Positions 22,486 to 31,981 of a stretch of DNA of 64,000 bases are shown here, piece by piece. Origin of the DNA: an uncultured bacterium (GTDB taxonomy: Bacteria; Krumholzibacteriota; Krumholzibacteriia; LZORAL124-64-63); contig CAVSZB010000006.1 in assembly GCA_963732385.1 (NCBI GenBank), positions 82,357 to 146,356 on the forward strand. Reading direction: 5' to 3'. Below the pieces are notes generated by a model. That model made no database searches. It was not told where the DNA came from and was given only the letters and a program-made list of their open reading frames with translations. Every line of letters starts with the position of its first letter. The first letter of the stretch is position 1. The position numbers and the translations under genes were made by a program.

Positions 22486-22747
22486 CGCATGACTCCTTCA
22501 GGGCGGAAGACCGACCGCGGACTCTGTCGGGGGAGGGAGCGTGGCGGGGCGCCATTCTGCCACGGCGCCTCGGAGCGTGCAACCACCTGCTTGGAGCCAT
22601 CGGGCGTTGCCGCCGGCTGATTATTGGCGCGTCCGTTGAGGGTCCGCACAGGGGCGGAGGGACATGTGGGCAAACGCAGGCGTTATCGAGGCGGTGTGCG
22701 GGCTTGCCGCATTCCGATGGCGGGGGATGTCGGGCGCCGGCGCGTCG

Positions 22748-23200
22748 CTACCGCCTGACCCCGCCCAGTACCTCCGAGGCAAGGGCTTCAGCCGCGAGAC
22801 CGGCCTTGATCTCCGCGGTGGCGGCGATGACGACGTAGACGCGGATGTTGTTGCTGGCTTCGTCCACGGGCGACAGGAAGAAGCCGGCGCGGCCGGGCTG
22901 GTACGAGAGGGTGTGGCCGCAGAGGAACTCCTCGTCGGAAAAGCGGACGGCGATCTTCTTGCCCTGGGCGGTGGCGGCGGGGGCGTCGAGGAAGCCGCGG
23001 AGGTTGGCGCGGTCCGGGTTGCCCTGCAGATCCTTGACGAAGAACAACGCCTTGAGCTGATCCGTGCGTACCTCGATCGACGAACTGCCGTCGGCCGGGA
23101 TGAGGTGGAAGCTCGGGCGATTCGGGGCGAAGTCCTGGGTGGTCCCCTTCAGTAGCTTGCCGTTGGCGAAGCGCGCGACAACACGGATTGTTTCAGTCAT
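22748..23200 (-). CDS. Conserved hypothetical protein with internal two-fold repeat (DUF6982-like)
   Basis: GGAGG RBS; VVARFANGKLLKGTT..F / IAVRFSDEEFLCG..GFFL; LKALFFVK. Confidence 0.7.
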   Translation of the reverse strand: MTETIRVVARFANGKLLKGTTQDFAPNRPSFHLIPADGSSSIEVRTDQLKALFFVKDLQGNPDRANLRGFLDAPAATAQGKKIAVRFSDEEFLCGHTLSYQPGRAGFFLSPVDEASNNIRVYVVIAATAEIKAGLAAEALASEVLGGVRR

Positions 23201-23296
23201 TGTTACCTCCGGATTGATCGATAATTATCGAACGGAGGTCGGCCTGGTTGAGAACTATTCTCTTCAAAGATCAAGGTGGCGCCGGCGCGGCATCCG

Positions 23297-23818
23297 TCAG
23301 CCGCCCGCCCTCTCCCGCAACAACTCGAAGTACGTCCGGTCCAGCAGGTCCGCGCGCGCGATACCGAGGCGTTGCATGAGATCGCGCGCGATGGCGGCGC
23401 CTGCGGCGGCGGTCTGGTCCTCCCGCAGGACGACTTCCAGTTCCATGAAGCTGCCGAGCCCTTCCACCTCGTCGAGGTGGATGCGGGTCTGGCCGGTCAG
23501 GTAGACCCGACGCCGTTTGCGCACCACGCCGAGCTTCGGGAGCGTCGCGGTCAGGATGCGCAGCAGCGCTCCCGGATCCGTGGTGGGCGCGAGCGTGTAG
23601 TCGGAGGGGCGCGGATCTGTCCCTTCGGCGCGGAAGTAGAGGATGAGCTCGCCGCGGTCCGGCGCGAGGAGGCGCAGTTTCAGCCGGCCGCGTGGGGCGG
23701 CGAAGAAGGTGTCCTCCTGGATGAGGATCTCGGGGCCGGTCGCGCCGAGCATCGCCACTGCCCGCTCCAGCCGTGCGGGATCGGCCACCCGCGCCTTGAT
23801 TTCGATGTTGGTCGGCAT
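23297..23818 (-). CDS. CYTH-domain protein (class IV adenylate cyclase-like)
   Basis: NIEIKAR, QEDTFF, RLKLR, VRKRR, HLDEVEGLGSFMELEV. Confidence 0.9.
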   Translation of the reverse strand: MPTNIEIKARVADPARLERAVAMLGATGPEILIQEDTFFAAPRGRLKLRLLAPDRGELILYFRAEGTDPRPSDYTLAPTTDPGALLRILTATLPKLGVVRKRRRVYLTGQTRIHLDEVEGLGSFMELEVVLREDQTAAAGAAIARDLMQRLGIARADLLDRTYFELLRERAGG

Positions 23819-23914
23819 GGGCGACATTGTCCCACGCGTCGGGCGGCGGGCCAAGGGCTGACCCGTCATCGCGGCAGATGCGTGTCTGATGTGCAGCCGA
23901 CCGTACGCGATGGA

Positions 23915-24190
23915 TCAGGCAGGACGATCGGGGCGATGCGCCGCCGCGGCGCGCCAGAGGCGGAGGCGGCCGCCGAGGAACTGGCCGGTGAAATAGGCCC
24001 CGACCATCACCGGAAAGGTGATCAGCCGGAAGCCCATGCCGGAGGCGAGGCGCAGCGCCACGACGAGCGGCACCGGCGCGTGCACGGCGAGAATCCACGG
24101 CCAGGTGAACTTGCGGCAGCCGGCGCGCCAGAAACCGAACGGCAGGTTCAGCAGCAATACCAGGGCGGCGACGATCCAGAGTGTCGGCAT
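23915..24190 (-). CDS. Small membrane protein
   Basis: LNLPFGFWR..KFTWPWILAVHAPVP; hydrophobic helices. Confidence 0.75.
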   Translation of the reverse strand: MPTLWIVAALVLLLNLPFGFWRAGCRKFTWPWILAVHAPVPLVVALRLASGMGFRLITFPVMVGAYFTGQFLGGRLRLWRAAAAHRPDRPA

Positions 24191-24334
24191 GGGGTCTCCG
24201 GCGCGGTTACGAGGGCGGATCGTCTCTTTGGCGATGCCGACGACAACGGTAGGGATTCAGGTGGATTTCCGCCAGCGGAATGATTGCCGTCGGGGCGGGG
24301 CTTCGCCGCTCGCGGCGGCCGGGTATCCCGTCCC

Positions 24335-24688
24335 CTAGCCGTTGAAGCCGAATTTCATGATCATGGATTCGAAGAGGGAGCGGGCCGCGGGCGACACGCC
24401 TTTCAGCCGGAAGCCGACCCCGAAGTATTCGGGATTCACGTCGCGTCGGCACCAGACGCTGCGCGCTTCGAGCACGACGTCCGTGTGGCCATCCAGCGCC
24501 GACGGCATCTCCATCCGCACGCGCCAATCGGCCTCGACCGGCAGCGGTTCGTGGTTGATGAGCTGCATCCCCTCCGCCGTGAGATCCACGAGGTGGCCGA
24601 GCAGACGGCCGCTGCGCGCGTCGAACACCTTCAGGTAGTAGTAGAGGTGACGACGGCGATGGCGGCGGGGGCTCGGCTCCTGGCGCAT
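24335..24688 (-). CDS. PilZ-domain protein
   Basis: RRHRR (RxxxR) and DLTAEG (DxS/TxxG) motifs; GGAGGA RBS. Confidence 0.85.
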   Translation of the reverse strand: MRQEPSPRRHRRRHLYYYLKVFDARSGRLLGHLVDLTAEGMQLINHEPLPVEADWRVRMEMPSALDGHTDVVLEARSVWCRRDVNPEYFGVGFRLKGVSPAARSLFESMIMKFGFNG

Positions 24689-24922
24689 CACGATTCCTCC
24701 GTGGCGAGGCGGCGACGAGGGGTGTTTCGGTCGGGGCGCCCAACGGCGCGCGCATCCGGAAACGATCTCAGACATAGCTGATGATCGGCCGGCGGATCGC
24801 CCGACTTGAGGCGTTGCCGGCGGATTTCCGCGGCGATTTGCGACCGGCGCGGCCTTGCCACCGCCGGCCGGCTGCGTCACACTCCCGGCGGTCGCGGCCT
24901 GCGGCCGCGGGGGAGAGCCGGC

Positions 24923-25690
24923 ATGGAACTGATCGACACCCATTGTCACCTGTACGACGAGCCGCTGGGGCGGGACCAGGAGGCGGTCCTGGGCCGGGCG
25001 CGCGCCGCGGGGGTGACGCGGGTGGTGGTGCCGGCCTGGAACCTGGCGTCGTGGCCCGCGACCCGGGCGCTGGCCGTCTGCGACGGCGTGCATGTGGCGC
25101 TCGGCCTGCACCCCTGGGCGGCTCACGAGCCGCTCGACCCGGCGCGTCTGCGCGAGGAGTTGCAGGCCTGCGGCGCGGTGGCGGTGGGGGAGATCGGGCT
25201 CGATGCGCTGATCGACGGCGCCGATCTGCCGGCCCAGGCGCGGGTGCTGTCGGCCCAGCTGCGGCTGGCGATCGATCTGCGGCTGCCGGTGCTGCTGCAC
25301 TGCCGCGGCGCGTTCGAGGAGTTGATCAAGGTGTTGCGCGACCACGGATTCGGGGCCGGGGCCGACGGGCCGCGCGGCGTCCTGCACGCCTTCGCGCGGG
25401 GCCCGGAGCTGGCGGGGCGATTCCTCGAGCTCGGCCTGCATCTGGCGTTCGGCGGCGCGGTGACCCGCCCCGGCAGCCGCGCGCGGCGCAGCGCCGTCAC
25501 GACTCCGCTCGCGCGCATGGTCCTGGAGACCGACGCGCCGGCGATCGGTCTGCAGGACGTCGAACCGGCGCAGGTCGAGCCGCGCCATGTCCGCGAGGTG
25601 GCCGCGGCGCTGGCGGAATTGCGCGGCGAGCCGCCCGAGCGCATCGCGGAGGTGACAACCGCCAATGCCCGCGCCCTCTTCGGAATCTGA
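24923..25690 (+). CDS. tatD: TatD family DNase
   Basis: IDTHCH, GLHP, GEIGLD, LHCR, LHAF, LETDAP. Confidence 0.92.
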   Translation: MELIDTHCHLYDEPLGRDQEAVLGRARAAGVTRVVVPAWNLASWPATRALAVCDGVHVALGLHPWAAHEPLDPARLREELQACGAVAVGEIGLDALIDGADLPAQARVLSAQLRLAIDLRLPVLLHCRGAFEELIKVLRDHGFGAGADGPRGVLHAFARGPELAGRFLELGLHLAFGGAVTRPGSRARRSAVTTPLARMVLETDAPAIGLQDVEPAQVEPRHVREVAAALAELRGEPPERIAEVTTANARALFGI

Positions 25691-26498
25691 CGACCGGCAC
25701 GCCGGCGACGCCGGCAAGGCCGGCGAAGCTGGCGGCGTCGGAGCGGCCGGTCGCTTCACGCGTCTCGTCGACTACTACGGCGCCGCCGGCTTCGCCCGGG
25801 TGCGCGCCGCGCGCGTCGTGGTGATCGGACTCGGCGGCGTGGGGGCGCACGCGGCCGTGGCCCTGGCGCGCAGCGGCGTCGGACGGCTCGTGCTGGTGGA
25901 CCACGACAGTGTCACCGTCTCCTCGCTCAACCGCAGCCCCGTCGCCACTCTGGAGGACGTCGGACGCCCGAAGGTGGAGGTGCTCGCCGGTCACCTGGCG
26001 CGGACCTGTCCCGACACCGCCGTCGAGACGCGCATCGAGTTCTGCCACGTCGACACTCTGGTGGCGCTGCTCACGCCGGTCCCCGCGGTTGTTGTCGATG
26101 CGATCGACGGCCTGACGCCGAAACTGGCGCTGCTGGTGCATTGTGTGACCGGCGGTCTGCCGGTCGTGTCGAGCATGGGCGCGTCGTCGCGACGCCTGAC
26201 GGTCGGGCTGCGGATCGGCGACATTGCCGAGTCACGCACCTGCCCGCTGGCGCGCCGGGTGCGGCAGAGACTGCGGCGTCAGGGCATCGCGTCGGGCATC
26301 ATGTGCGTCTGGTCGGAGGAACCGTCCGGGGGGGCGTTGCCGCCCGATCTCGGCGATCGCCTGTACGACCGCGGGCGCGTGCGCAATCGCCTGCCGAGCC
26401 AGATCAGCCTGCCCGGCATGTTCGGCTACGCCCTGGCGGCGCTGGCGTTGGAGCGGATCGCCGGGACCGACGGCGGCGCGGGCGGCACGGGGCCGTGA
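25665..26498 (+). CDS. tcdA: tRNA threonylcarbamoyladenosine dehydratase (ThiF/TcdA family); start uncertain
   Basis: GLGGVG, LARSGVG, SSLNR, DAID, SSMGA, CPLARRVR. Confidence 0.82.
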   Translation: MPAPSSESDDRHAGDAGKAGEAGGVGAAGRFTRLVDYYGAAGFARVRAARVVVIGLGGVGAHAAVALARSGVGRLVLVDHDSVTVSSLNRSPVATLEDVGRPKVEVLAGHLARTCPDTAVETRIEFCHVDTLVALLTPVPAVVVDAIDGLTPKLALLVHCVTGGLPVVSSMGASSRRLTVGLRIGDIAESRTCPLARRVRQRLRRQGIASGIMCVWSEEPSGGALPPDLGDRLYDRGRVRNRLPSQISLPGMFGYALAALALERIAGTDGGAGGTGP

Positions 26499-26605
26499 GG
26501 TGGGGGGTGCGCGGCCACAATTGCAGTGTCCGCCGCCGTGGCCGCAGCCCTCGCGATGGTGCTAGAATGTATGGCAACCCTTCCCGCTTTCACCGGAGGT
26601 TCGCC

Positions 26606-27490
26606 ATGTCCCGCCGGCTCTGCCGCGCCCGCTCCGCCGCCACCGCCCCTGTCCGTCGCCTCACGGCTGCCGCGGTCGTCGCGCTGCTGGCCACCCTCGG
26701 CCTGGCCGGGCCGGGGCTGGCGCAACGGGCGCCGAACAGTCTGTTCCGTCACGTGGCCGTGCCCGCCGGAGCGTTCACGCTGCTGGTGCCCGACGGATGG
26801 GTGATGGAGACCGACTCGACGGGGAACATCGCCCTGCGCGTGCGTTCGGCCGACGGCCGGGTCGCCCTGGTCCACTATCGGGACCGGGCGGGCGATCTCG
26901 CGGGGGGGCCGGCCCCGGTCGCGCGGCGACTGCTGGCCGACGTCGTGGCCCGGGACGCGCACCCCGGGGCGCGTAATCTGCATCTGGCCGACGCCCGGGC
27001 GCTGCCCGAGCTGGCCCGCGCCTGGGAGCGTCGCCTTGCTCAGGCGCGCGCGGGCGCCGGGGTGACGGGCGAGGGGGCGGTTATCGACCTGGAGTTCCAG
27101 GAGGACGAGCGGCTCTGCCGCGAGCGGCTCGTGGGGGTTGTCGAGAGCGGTCCGGACGGCTGGGCCGCGCGCGCGCTCTGGGGGGCGCGGGCGCCGGCCG
27201 AAGAGTTCGCGCAGTGGGAACCGCTGCTGAGCTTCGTGCTCGCCTCGGTCGCGCCGGCGCAGGCCGGTGGGGCCGATCTGGCCCGCAACGCGCTGGGGCT
27301 GGATCTGCCCGGGGAATCGCTCTGGCGGAACCCGCTCACCGGCGGGCTCGATGTCGGCTCGTTCCATTTCGGGCGTTACCGCTGGGTCAGCCCGGACGGG
27401 GACGTCGTCTACTCGTTCAACGAGACCTTCACGCCCAACAGTGCGCGGCTGCTCGGTCGCGACGACTGGCAGAAGAGCCTGCCGAAGTAG
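26606..27490 (+). CDS. Exported hypothetical protein
   Basis: GGAGG RBS, signal peptide ending GLA-Q. Confidence 0.65.
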   Translation: MSRRLCRARSAATAPVRRLTAAAVVALLATLGLAGPGLAQRAPNSLFRHVAVPAGAFTLLVPDGWVMETDSTGNIALRVRSADGRVALVHYRDRAGDLAGGPAPVARRLLADVVARDAHPGARNLHLADARALPELARAWERRLAQARAGAGVTGEGAVIDLEFQEDERLCRERLVGVVESGPDGWAARALWGARAPAEEFAQWEPLLSFVLASVAPAQAGGADLARNALGLDLPGESLWRNPLTGGLDVGSFHFGRYRWVSPDGDVVYSFNETFTPNSARLLGRDDWQKSLPK

Positions 27491-27523
27491 GGGGCGGGCG
27501 GGCCGCGGCGCCGGCGGTCAGCC

Positions 27524-27865
27524 CTAGAGCCGGATCACCCGCGCGGCGGCGTGCTGCAGCGCCAGGATTTCGGCCATGTTCGACGGCCGTCCGACGGCGA
27601 GGGTCTCGCGCAGCCCGAACCAGTCGAGACAGGTTCCGCAGCAGACGAGGTCCGTTCCGCGCGCCGCCAGCTCCCGCAGATCCCGCAGCGCCTTCGCCTC
27701 GGGCGCGCACAACTTCACGCCGGCATTCATGAACAGGACGCTCGTCGGCGGCGGGTCGAGCCGGCTCAGCGCGCCGACGGCCGCGAGCAGGAGCGCGGCG
27801 CCCAGCTCAGCGTCGCCGGTGCCGAGGCGGTCGGAGGCGATGAAAACAACGGTTCCGTTCGACAA
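27524..27865 (-). CDS. DsrE/YedF-like sulfurtransferase
   Basis: LGTGDAELG, FMNAGVKL, CGTCLDWF, SNMAEI. Confidence 0.85.
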   Translation of the reverse strand: MSNGTVVFIASDRLGTGDAELGAALLLAAVGALSRLDPPPTSVLFMNAGVKLCAPEAKALRDLRELAARGTDLVCCGTCLDWFGLRETLAVGRPSNMAEILALQHAAARVIRL

Positions 27866-28067
27866 GGCGATTCCTCCCAGGTAAGCCGCTCACGGTAACA
27901 CGGATCCCGGCGCGGCGCCGCTGCGCCGTGCGCTGGCGCCCTGCTGTCGCGCCGCGCTGCGACGTTCCGGAGGGGCGTCCGCCGTGCTAGACTACCGCGC
28001 CCGAACGCGGCGCCCGCCGGGGCCGCCGCCGCCGCGACCCGCGCCCGCTGCCCGACGAGGAGATGTC

Positions 28068-29051
28068 ATGCCTGCTTCGCCTGTCCGCACTTCCGCCGCC
28101 CGACTCGCCGTGATCCTGCTCGTCCTGCTCCACCTAGCCGCGGGTTGCGGTCGCGGCAAGGCTCCGGAGGAGGGCGGCGCCGGCAAGCCCGTTCCGGTCA
28201 TCGGGGTGTCGCTGCTGACGCGCACGCATCCGTTCTATCAGGAACTCGAGGCGGGCCTGCGCGCCGCGGCCGACGAGCGGGGTTATCAGCTGCTCGTGCA
28301 GGCGGGCGAGTTCGACGTCGCGAAGCAGAAGGACCAGGTGGCCGACTTCCTGGTGCGCAAGGTGGCGGCGATCGTGGTCTGCCCGTGCGACTCGCGGTCG
28401 ATCGGCACTTCGATCAAGGCGGCCAACGATGCCGGGGTGCCGGTCTTCACGGCCGACATCGCGGTGCTCGATCCGTCGGTGAAGGTGGTCTGCCACGTGG
28501 CGTCGGACAACGAGGCGGGCGGTCGTCTCGCCGCGCGCGCGGTGGTGCGCGCGCTCGATGGGCAGGGATCGGTGGCGATCATCGACCATCCCGAGGTGGA
28601 GTCGGTCATCCAGCGGGTGCGGGGCTTCGAGGCGGAGCTCGCCGCCACGCCCGGCGTGCGGGTGGTGGCGAAGCTGTCGGGGCGCGGCGTGAAGGACGGG
28701 GCGTTTCGTACGGCCGAGGACATCCTGCAGTCGCACCGCGACCTCGGCGCCATCTTCGGCATCAACGACGACTCGGCGCTCGGGGCGCTTGCCGCGGCGG
28801 AGAAGGCGGGCCGGCAGGGGCGCGTGGTCATCGTCGGCTTCGACGCGATCCCCGAGGCCCGGCGCGCCATCGCCGATGGCAGGATCTTCGCCGACGTCGT
28901 GCAGCAGCCACGCCTGATCGGGCGCCAGACCGTCGAAGCGATCGCCAGCTATCTTGCCGGCGAAACCGTGCCGGCGCAGATGCTCATCCCCTGCTCGCTC
29001 TTCACGCAGGAGGATGCGCGACGCGAGACCGTGGGCGGCGCGGCGCGATGA
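28068..29051 (+). CDS. Sugar ABC transporter substrate-binding lipoprotein (RbsB-like)
   Basis: AAGC lipobox; HPFY, AGVPVFTAD, ASDNEAGG, INDDSALGA, VGFD. Confidence 0.9.
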   Translation: MPASPVRTSAARLAVILLVLLHLAAGCGRGKAPEEGGAGKPVPVIGVSLLTRTHPFYQELEAGLRAAADERGYQLLVQAGEFDVAKQKDQVADFLVRKVAAIVVCPCDSRSIGTSIKAANDAGVPVFTADIAVLDPSVKVVCHVASDNEAGGRLAARAVVRALDGQGSVAIIDHPEVESVIQRVRGFEAELAATPGVRVVAKLSGRGVKDGAFRTAEDILQSHRDLGAIFGINDDSALGALAAAEKAGRQGRVVIVGFDAIPEARRAIADGRIFADVVQQPRLIGRQTVEAIASYLAGETVPAQMLIPCSLFTQEDARRETVGGAAR

Positions 29052-30583
29052 CCGTGCTCGCCGGGACGACCGTGCTGCGTCTGTCGGGGCTGGAGAAGGC
29101 TTTTCCCGGCGTGCAGGCGCTGCGCGAGGCGTCGTTCGACGTGCGGGCCGGCGAGGTGCACGCCCTCGTGGGGGAGAACGGCGCCGGCAAAAGCACGCTG
29201 CTCAAAATCGTCACCGGGGCGCACCCGGCCGATCGCGGGCTGGTCGAGCTGGACGGCGTGGCGCGGCGTTTCACCGGCCCGCGCGACGCGCGCCGCCGCG
29301 GCGTGGCGGCCATCTACCAGGAACTGAGCCTTGTGCCGGCCCTGAGCGTCCGCGCCAATCTCTGCCTCGGCGTCGAGCCGCGACGCGGGCCGTGGCTGGA
29401 CGAGGCGACCGAACGGCGGGAGGCGGTCGCGGCTCTGGACCGGGTCGGCGCGGCGTGCGATCCGGAGGCGCCGGTGCGCGACCTGTCGGTGGCCGCGCAG
29501 CAACTGGTCGAGATCGCGCGCGCCCTGCGCACCGATGTCCGCCTGCTCCTTCTCGACGAGCCGACCGCCGCGCTCACGCCGCGCGAGTCGGAGCGACTGC
29601 TGGCGCTGCTCGGCGAGCTGCGCACCCGCGGGCTGGCCATCCTGTTCGTGAGCCACCGGCTCGACGAGGTGCTGCGCATCGCCGACCGCGTCACGGTCAT
29701 GCGCGATGGCGCCACGCTCGGCACCTGGACCGCCGGCGAGCTTACGCGCCAGACGCTGATCGAGCGGATGGTGGGCCGCCCGCTCGGTCGGGAATACCCG
29801 AAGGTGGCGGCCGCTGTGGCCGCGCCCCGGCTCGAGGTGCGCGGCCTGCGGGGCGGCGCGGTGCGGGACGTGTCGTTCACCGTGCGCGCGGGCGAGGTGC
29901 TGGGGATCGCCGGGCTGGCCGGCGCGGGGCGGACCGGGACGGCGCGCCTGATCTTCGGCGCGGACCCCCGCGCCGGGGGGACGATCCTGGTCGACAGCCG
30001 TCCGGTCGATATCCGCTCCCCGCGCGACGCGGTGCGTCACGGCATCTGCCTGCTGACCGAGGACCGCAAGGGACAGGGGCTGGTGCTCGGATTGTCGGCC
30101 CGCGACAACTTCGCGCTGCCGAACCTCGCCCGCTGGTCGCGCCACGGCTGGATCGACGGCGCGCGTGAGACGGCGGCCTTCCGGCGCCATGTCGAGGCGC
30201 TGAACATCCGGATCGCCTCGCCGCGCCAGCGGGCCGGCGAGCTGTCGGGCGGCAACCAGCAGAAGCTGCTGGTGGCGCGCTGGCTCGAGAGCGACTCGCG
30301 CGTGCTGATCTTCGACGAGCCGACCCGCGGCATCGACGTCGGCGCGCGTCACGAAATGTACCTGCTGATCAACGCGCTCGCCGCGCGCGGCAAGGCGATC
30401 GTGATGATCTCGTCCGACCTGCCCGAGGTGCTCGGCATGAGCGACCGCATCGTCGTCATGCACGCGGGGCGGATCGCCGGCGAGATCTCCGCGGCGTCCG
30501 AAGCGACGCAGGAGCGGGTCATGGAGCTGGCGGTGGGAGGGGACGCGGCGGGGCCGCGGCCCGGAGGGGAGCGGCTGAATTGA
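29048..30583 (+). CDS. Sugar ABC transporter ATP-binding protein (RbsA-like, two NBDs)
   Basis: GENGAGKST, DEPTAAL, TEDRK, LSGGNQQK, DEPTRGIDVG. Confidence 0.93.
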   Translation: MTVLAGTTVLRLSGLEKAFPGVQALREASFDVRAGEVHALVGENGAGKSTLLKIVTGAHPADRGLVELDGVARRFTGPRDARRRGVAAIYQELSLVPALSVRANLCLGVEPRRGPWLDEATERREAVAALDRVGAACDPEAPVRDLSVAAQQLVEIARALRTDVRLLLLDEPTAALTPRESERLLALLGELRTRGLAILFVSHRLDEVLRIADRVTVMRDGATLGTWTAGELTRQTLIERMVGRPLGREYPKVAAAVAAPRLEVRGLRGGAVRDVSFTVRAGEVLGIAGLAGAGRTGTARLIFGADPRAGGTILVDSRPVDIRSPRDAVRHGICLLTEDRKGQGLVLGLSARDNFALPNLARWSRHGWIDGARETAAFRRHVEALNIRIASPRQRAGELSGGNQQKLLVARWLESDSRVLIFDEPTRGIDVGARHEMYLLINALAARGKAIVMISSDLPEVLGMSDRIVVMHAGRIAGEISAASEATQERVMELAVGGDAAGPRPGGERLN

Positions 30584-31981
30584 CTCCCGACCCTGGGGCG
30601 AGCGCGTCCTGCCGGGCCCGGCTGGCCGCCGGCTTCGCGCGGCTGGCCGGCGAATACGGCATGCTCGGCGTGCTGCTGCTGCTGTGCGCCTTCTTCTCGG
30701 CAGTGACGCTGCGGGAGCAGCAGCCGGACGGGGCTGCCGCCGCGGCCGCCGTGGCGGCGCGGATCGATCGCGAGGCGCCGCTGGCGACGATCGTGATCGT
30801 GGCGCGGCCGGGCGAGGAGGGGGGGCGGTTCGCCGCCGCGCTCGCGGCGCGGCGGCCCGGATCGGGACGCCTGGTCATGCTGCGTTGCGACAGCCCCGCC
30901 GCCCTGCGCGACGAGCTGGCGCGCATCCCGGCGTCCGAGGCAGGGGGCCCCGAGCCGGTCATCGCTACGACCGCCGACTACGCGCCCACGGTGCGGGGGG
31001 TGCTCGCCGCGCTGCCGGCGGGGGCCGTCGCGCAGGTGATCGTGCCGCCGTCGTACCGCTGGCCGACCTTCCTTCTGGCAGAGAACCTGCGCAACGTGGC
31101 CAACCAGATCGCGGTCATCGCCATCGTGGCGATCGGCATGACGATCGTCATCATCACCGCCGGCATCGATCTCTCGGTCGGCAGTCTGATCGCCTTCGCG
31201 GCCGTGGCGGCGGCGTGGCTGATCGGCCGCTTCGGCGGCGAGGCGGCGACGACGGGGGCCATGCTGCTCGCCGGGGCGCTGGCGCGTCGTGCTGTGCGGC
31301 GGCGTGGGAGCGTTCTCGGGCCTGATGATCACGCGGTTCGGGGTGCCGCCGTTCATCGCCACGCTCGGCATGATGCAGGTGGCCAGCGGCGTGGCGTACA
31401 TCGTCTCGCGCGGCAGGCCGATCTACGAGATCCCGGCGTCTTTCGTCGCGCTCGGGCGCGGGGCGGATCCGTGGCTCGGGGTGCCCCACGCGGTCGTGCT
31501 GATGCTGGCGCTCTACGCCGCGGCGCACCTGGTCATGTCGCGTACGGCGCTCGGACGGCACGTGTACGCCGTGGGCGGCAACCCGGAGGCGGCGCGCCTG
31601 GCGGGCGTGCGGGTGAAGGGCGTGCTGATGTTCGCCTACGTTCTGTGCGGGGCGCTGGCGGGACTGGGCGGCGTGGTGACGGCGTCGCAACTGAAGAGCG
31701 GGGCGCCGACCTACGGGCTGATGTACGAATTGTACGTGATCGCCGCCGTCGTCGTCGGTGGCACGAGCCTCAGCGGGGGCGAGGGACGGATTTTCGGCAC
31801 GCTGATCGGCGCGTTCATCATCGCGGTGATCCAGAACGGCATGAATCTCACGAACGTGGAAAGCTACACGCAGAAGGTCGTGCTCGGGCTCGTCATCCTG
31901 GGCGCGGTCCTGCTGGACAGGCTCAAGCAGCGCGGCTGGCGGCGGGTCGGTCCCGGAGCGCACGGGGAGGCAGGGGCATGA
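30580..31981 (+). CDS. Sugar ABC transporter permease (RbsC-like) with single-base frameshift near 31285
   Basis: N-half (GMTIVIITAGIDLSVG) in frame of ORF 30580; C-half (VPPFIATLG, YAVGGN, IAAVVVGGTSL) in ORF 31289..31981. Confidence 0.85.

Noticed and set aside
23297..24688. CYTH + PilZ as a cyclic-nucleotide signalling module
   Set aside because: Both are common stand-alone genes, and most CYTH proteins are triphosphatases; only proximity supports the link
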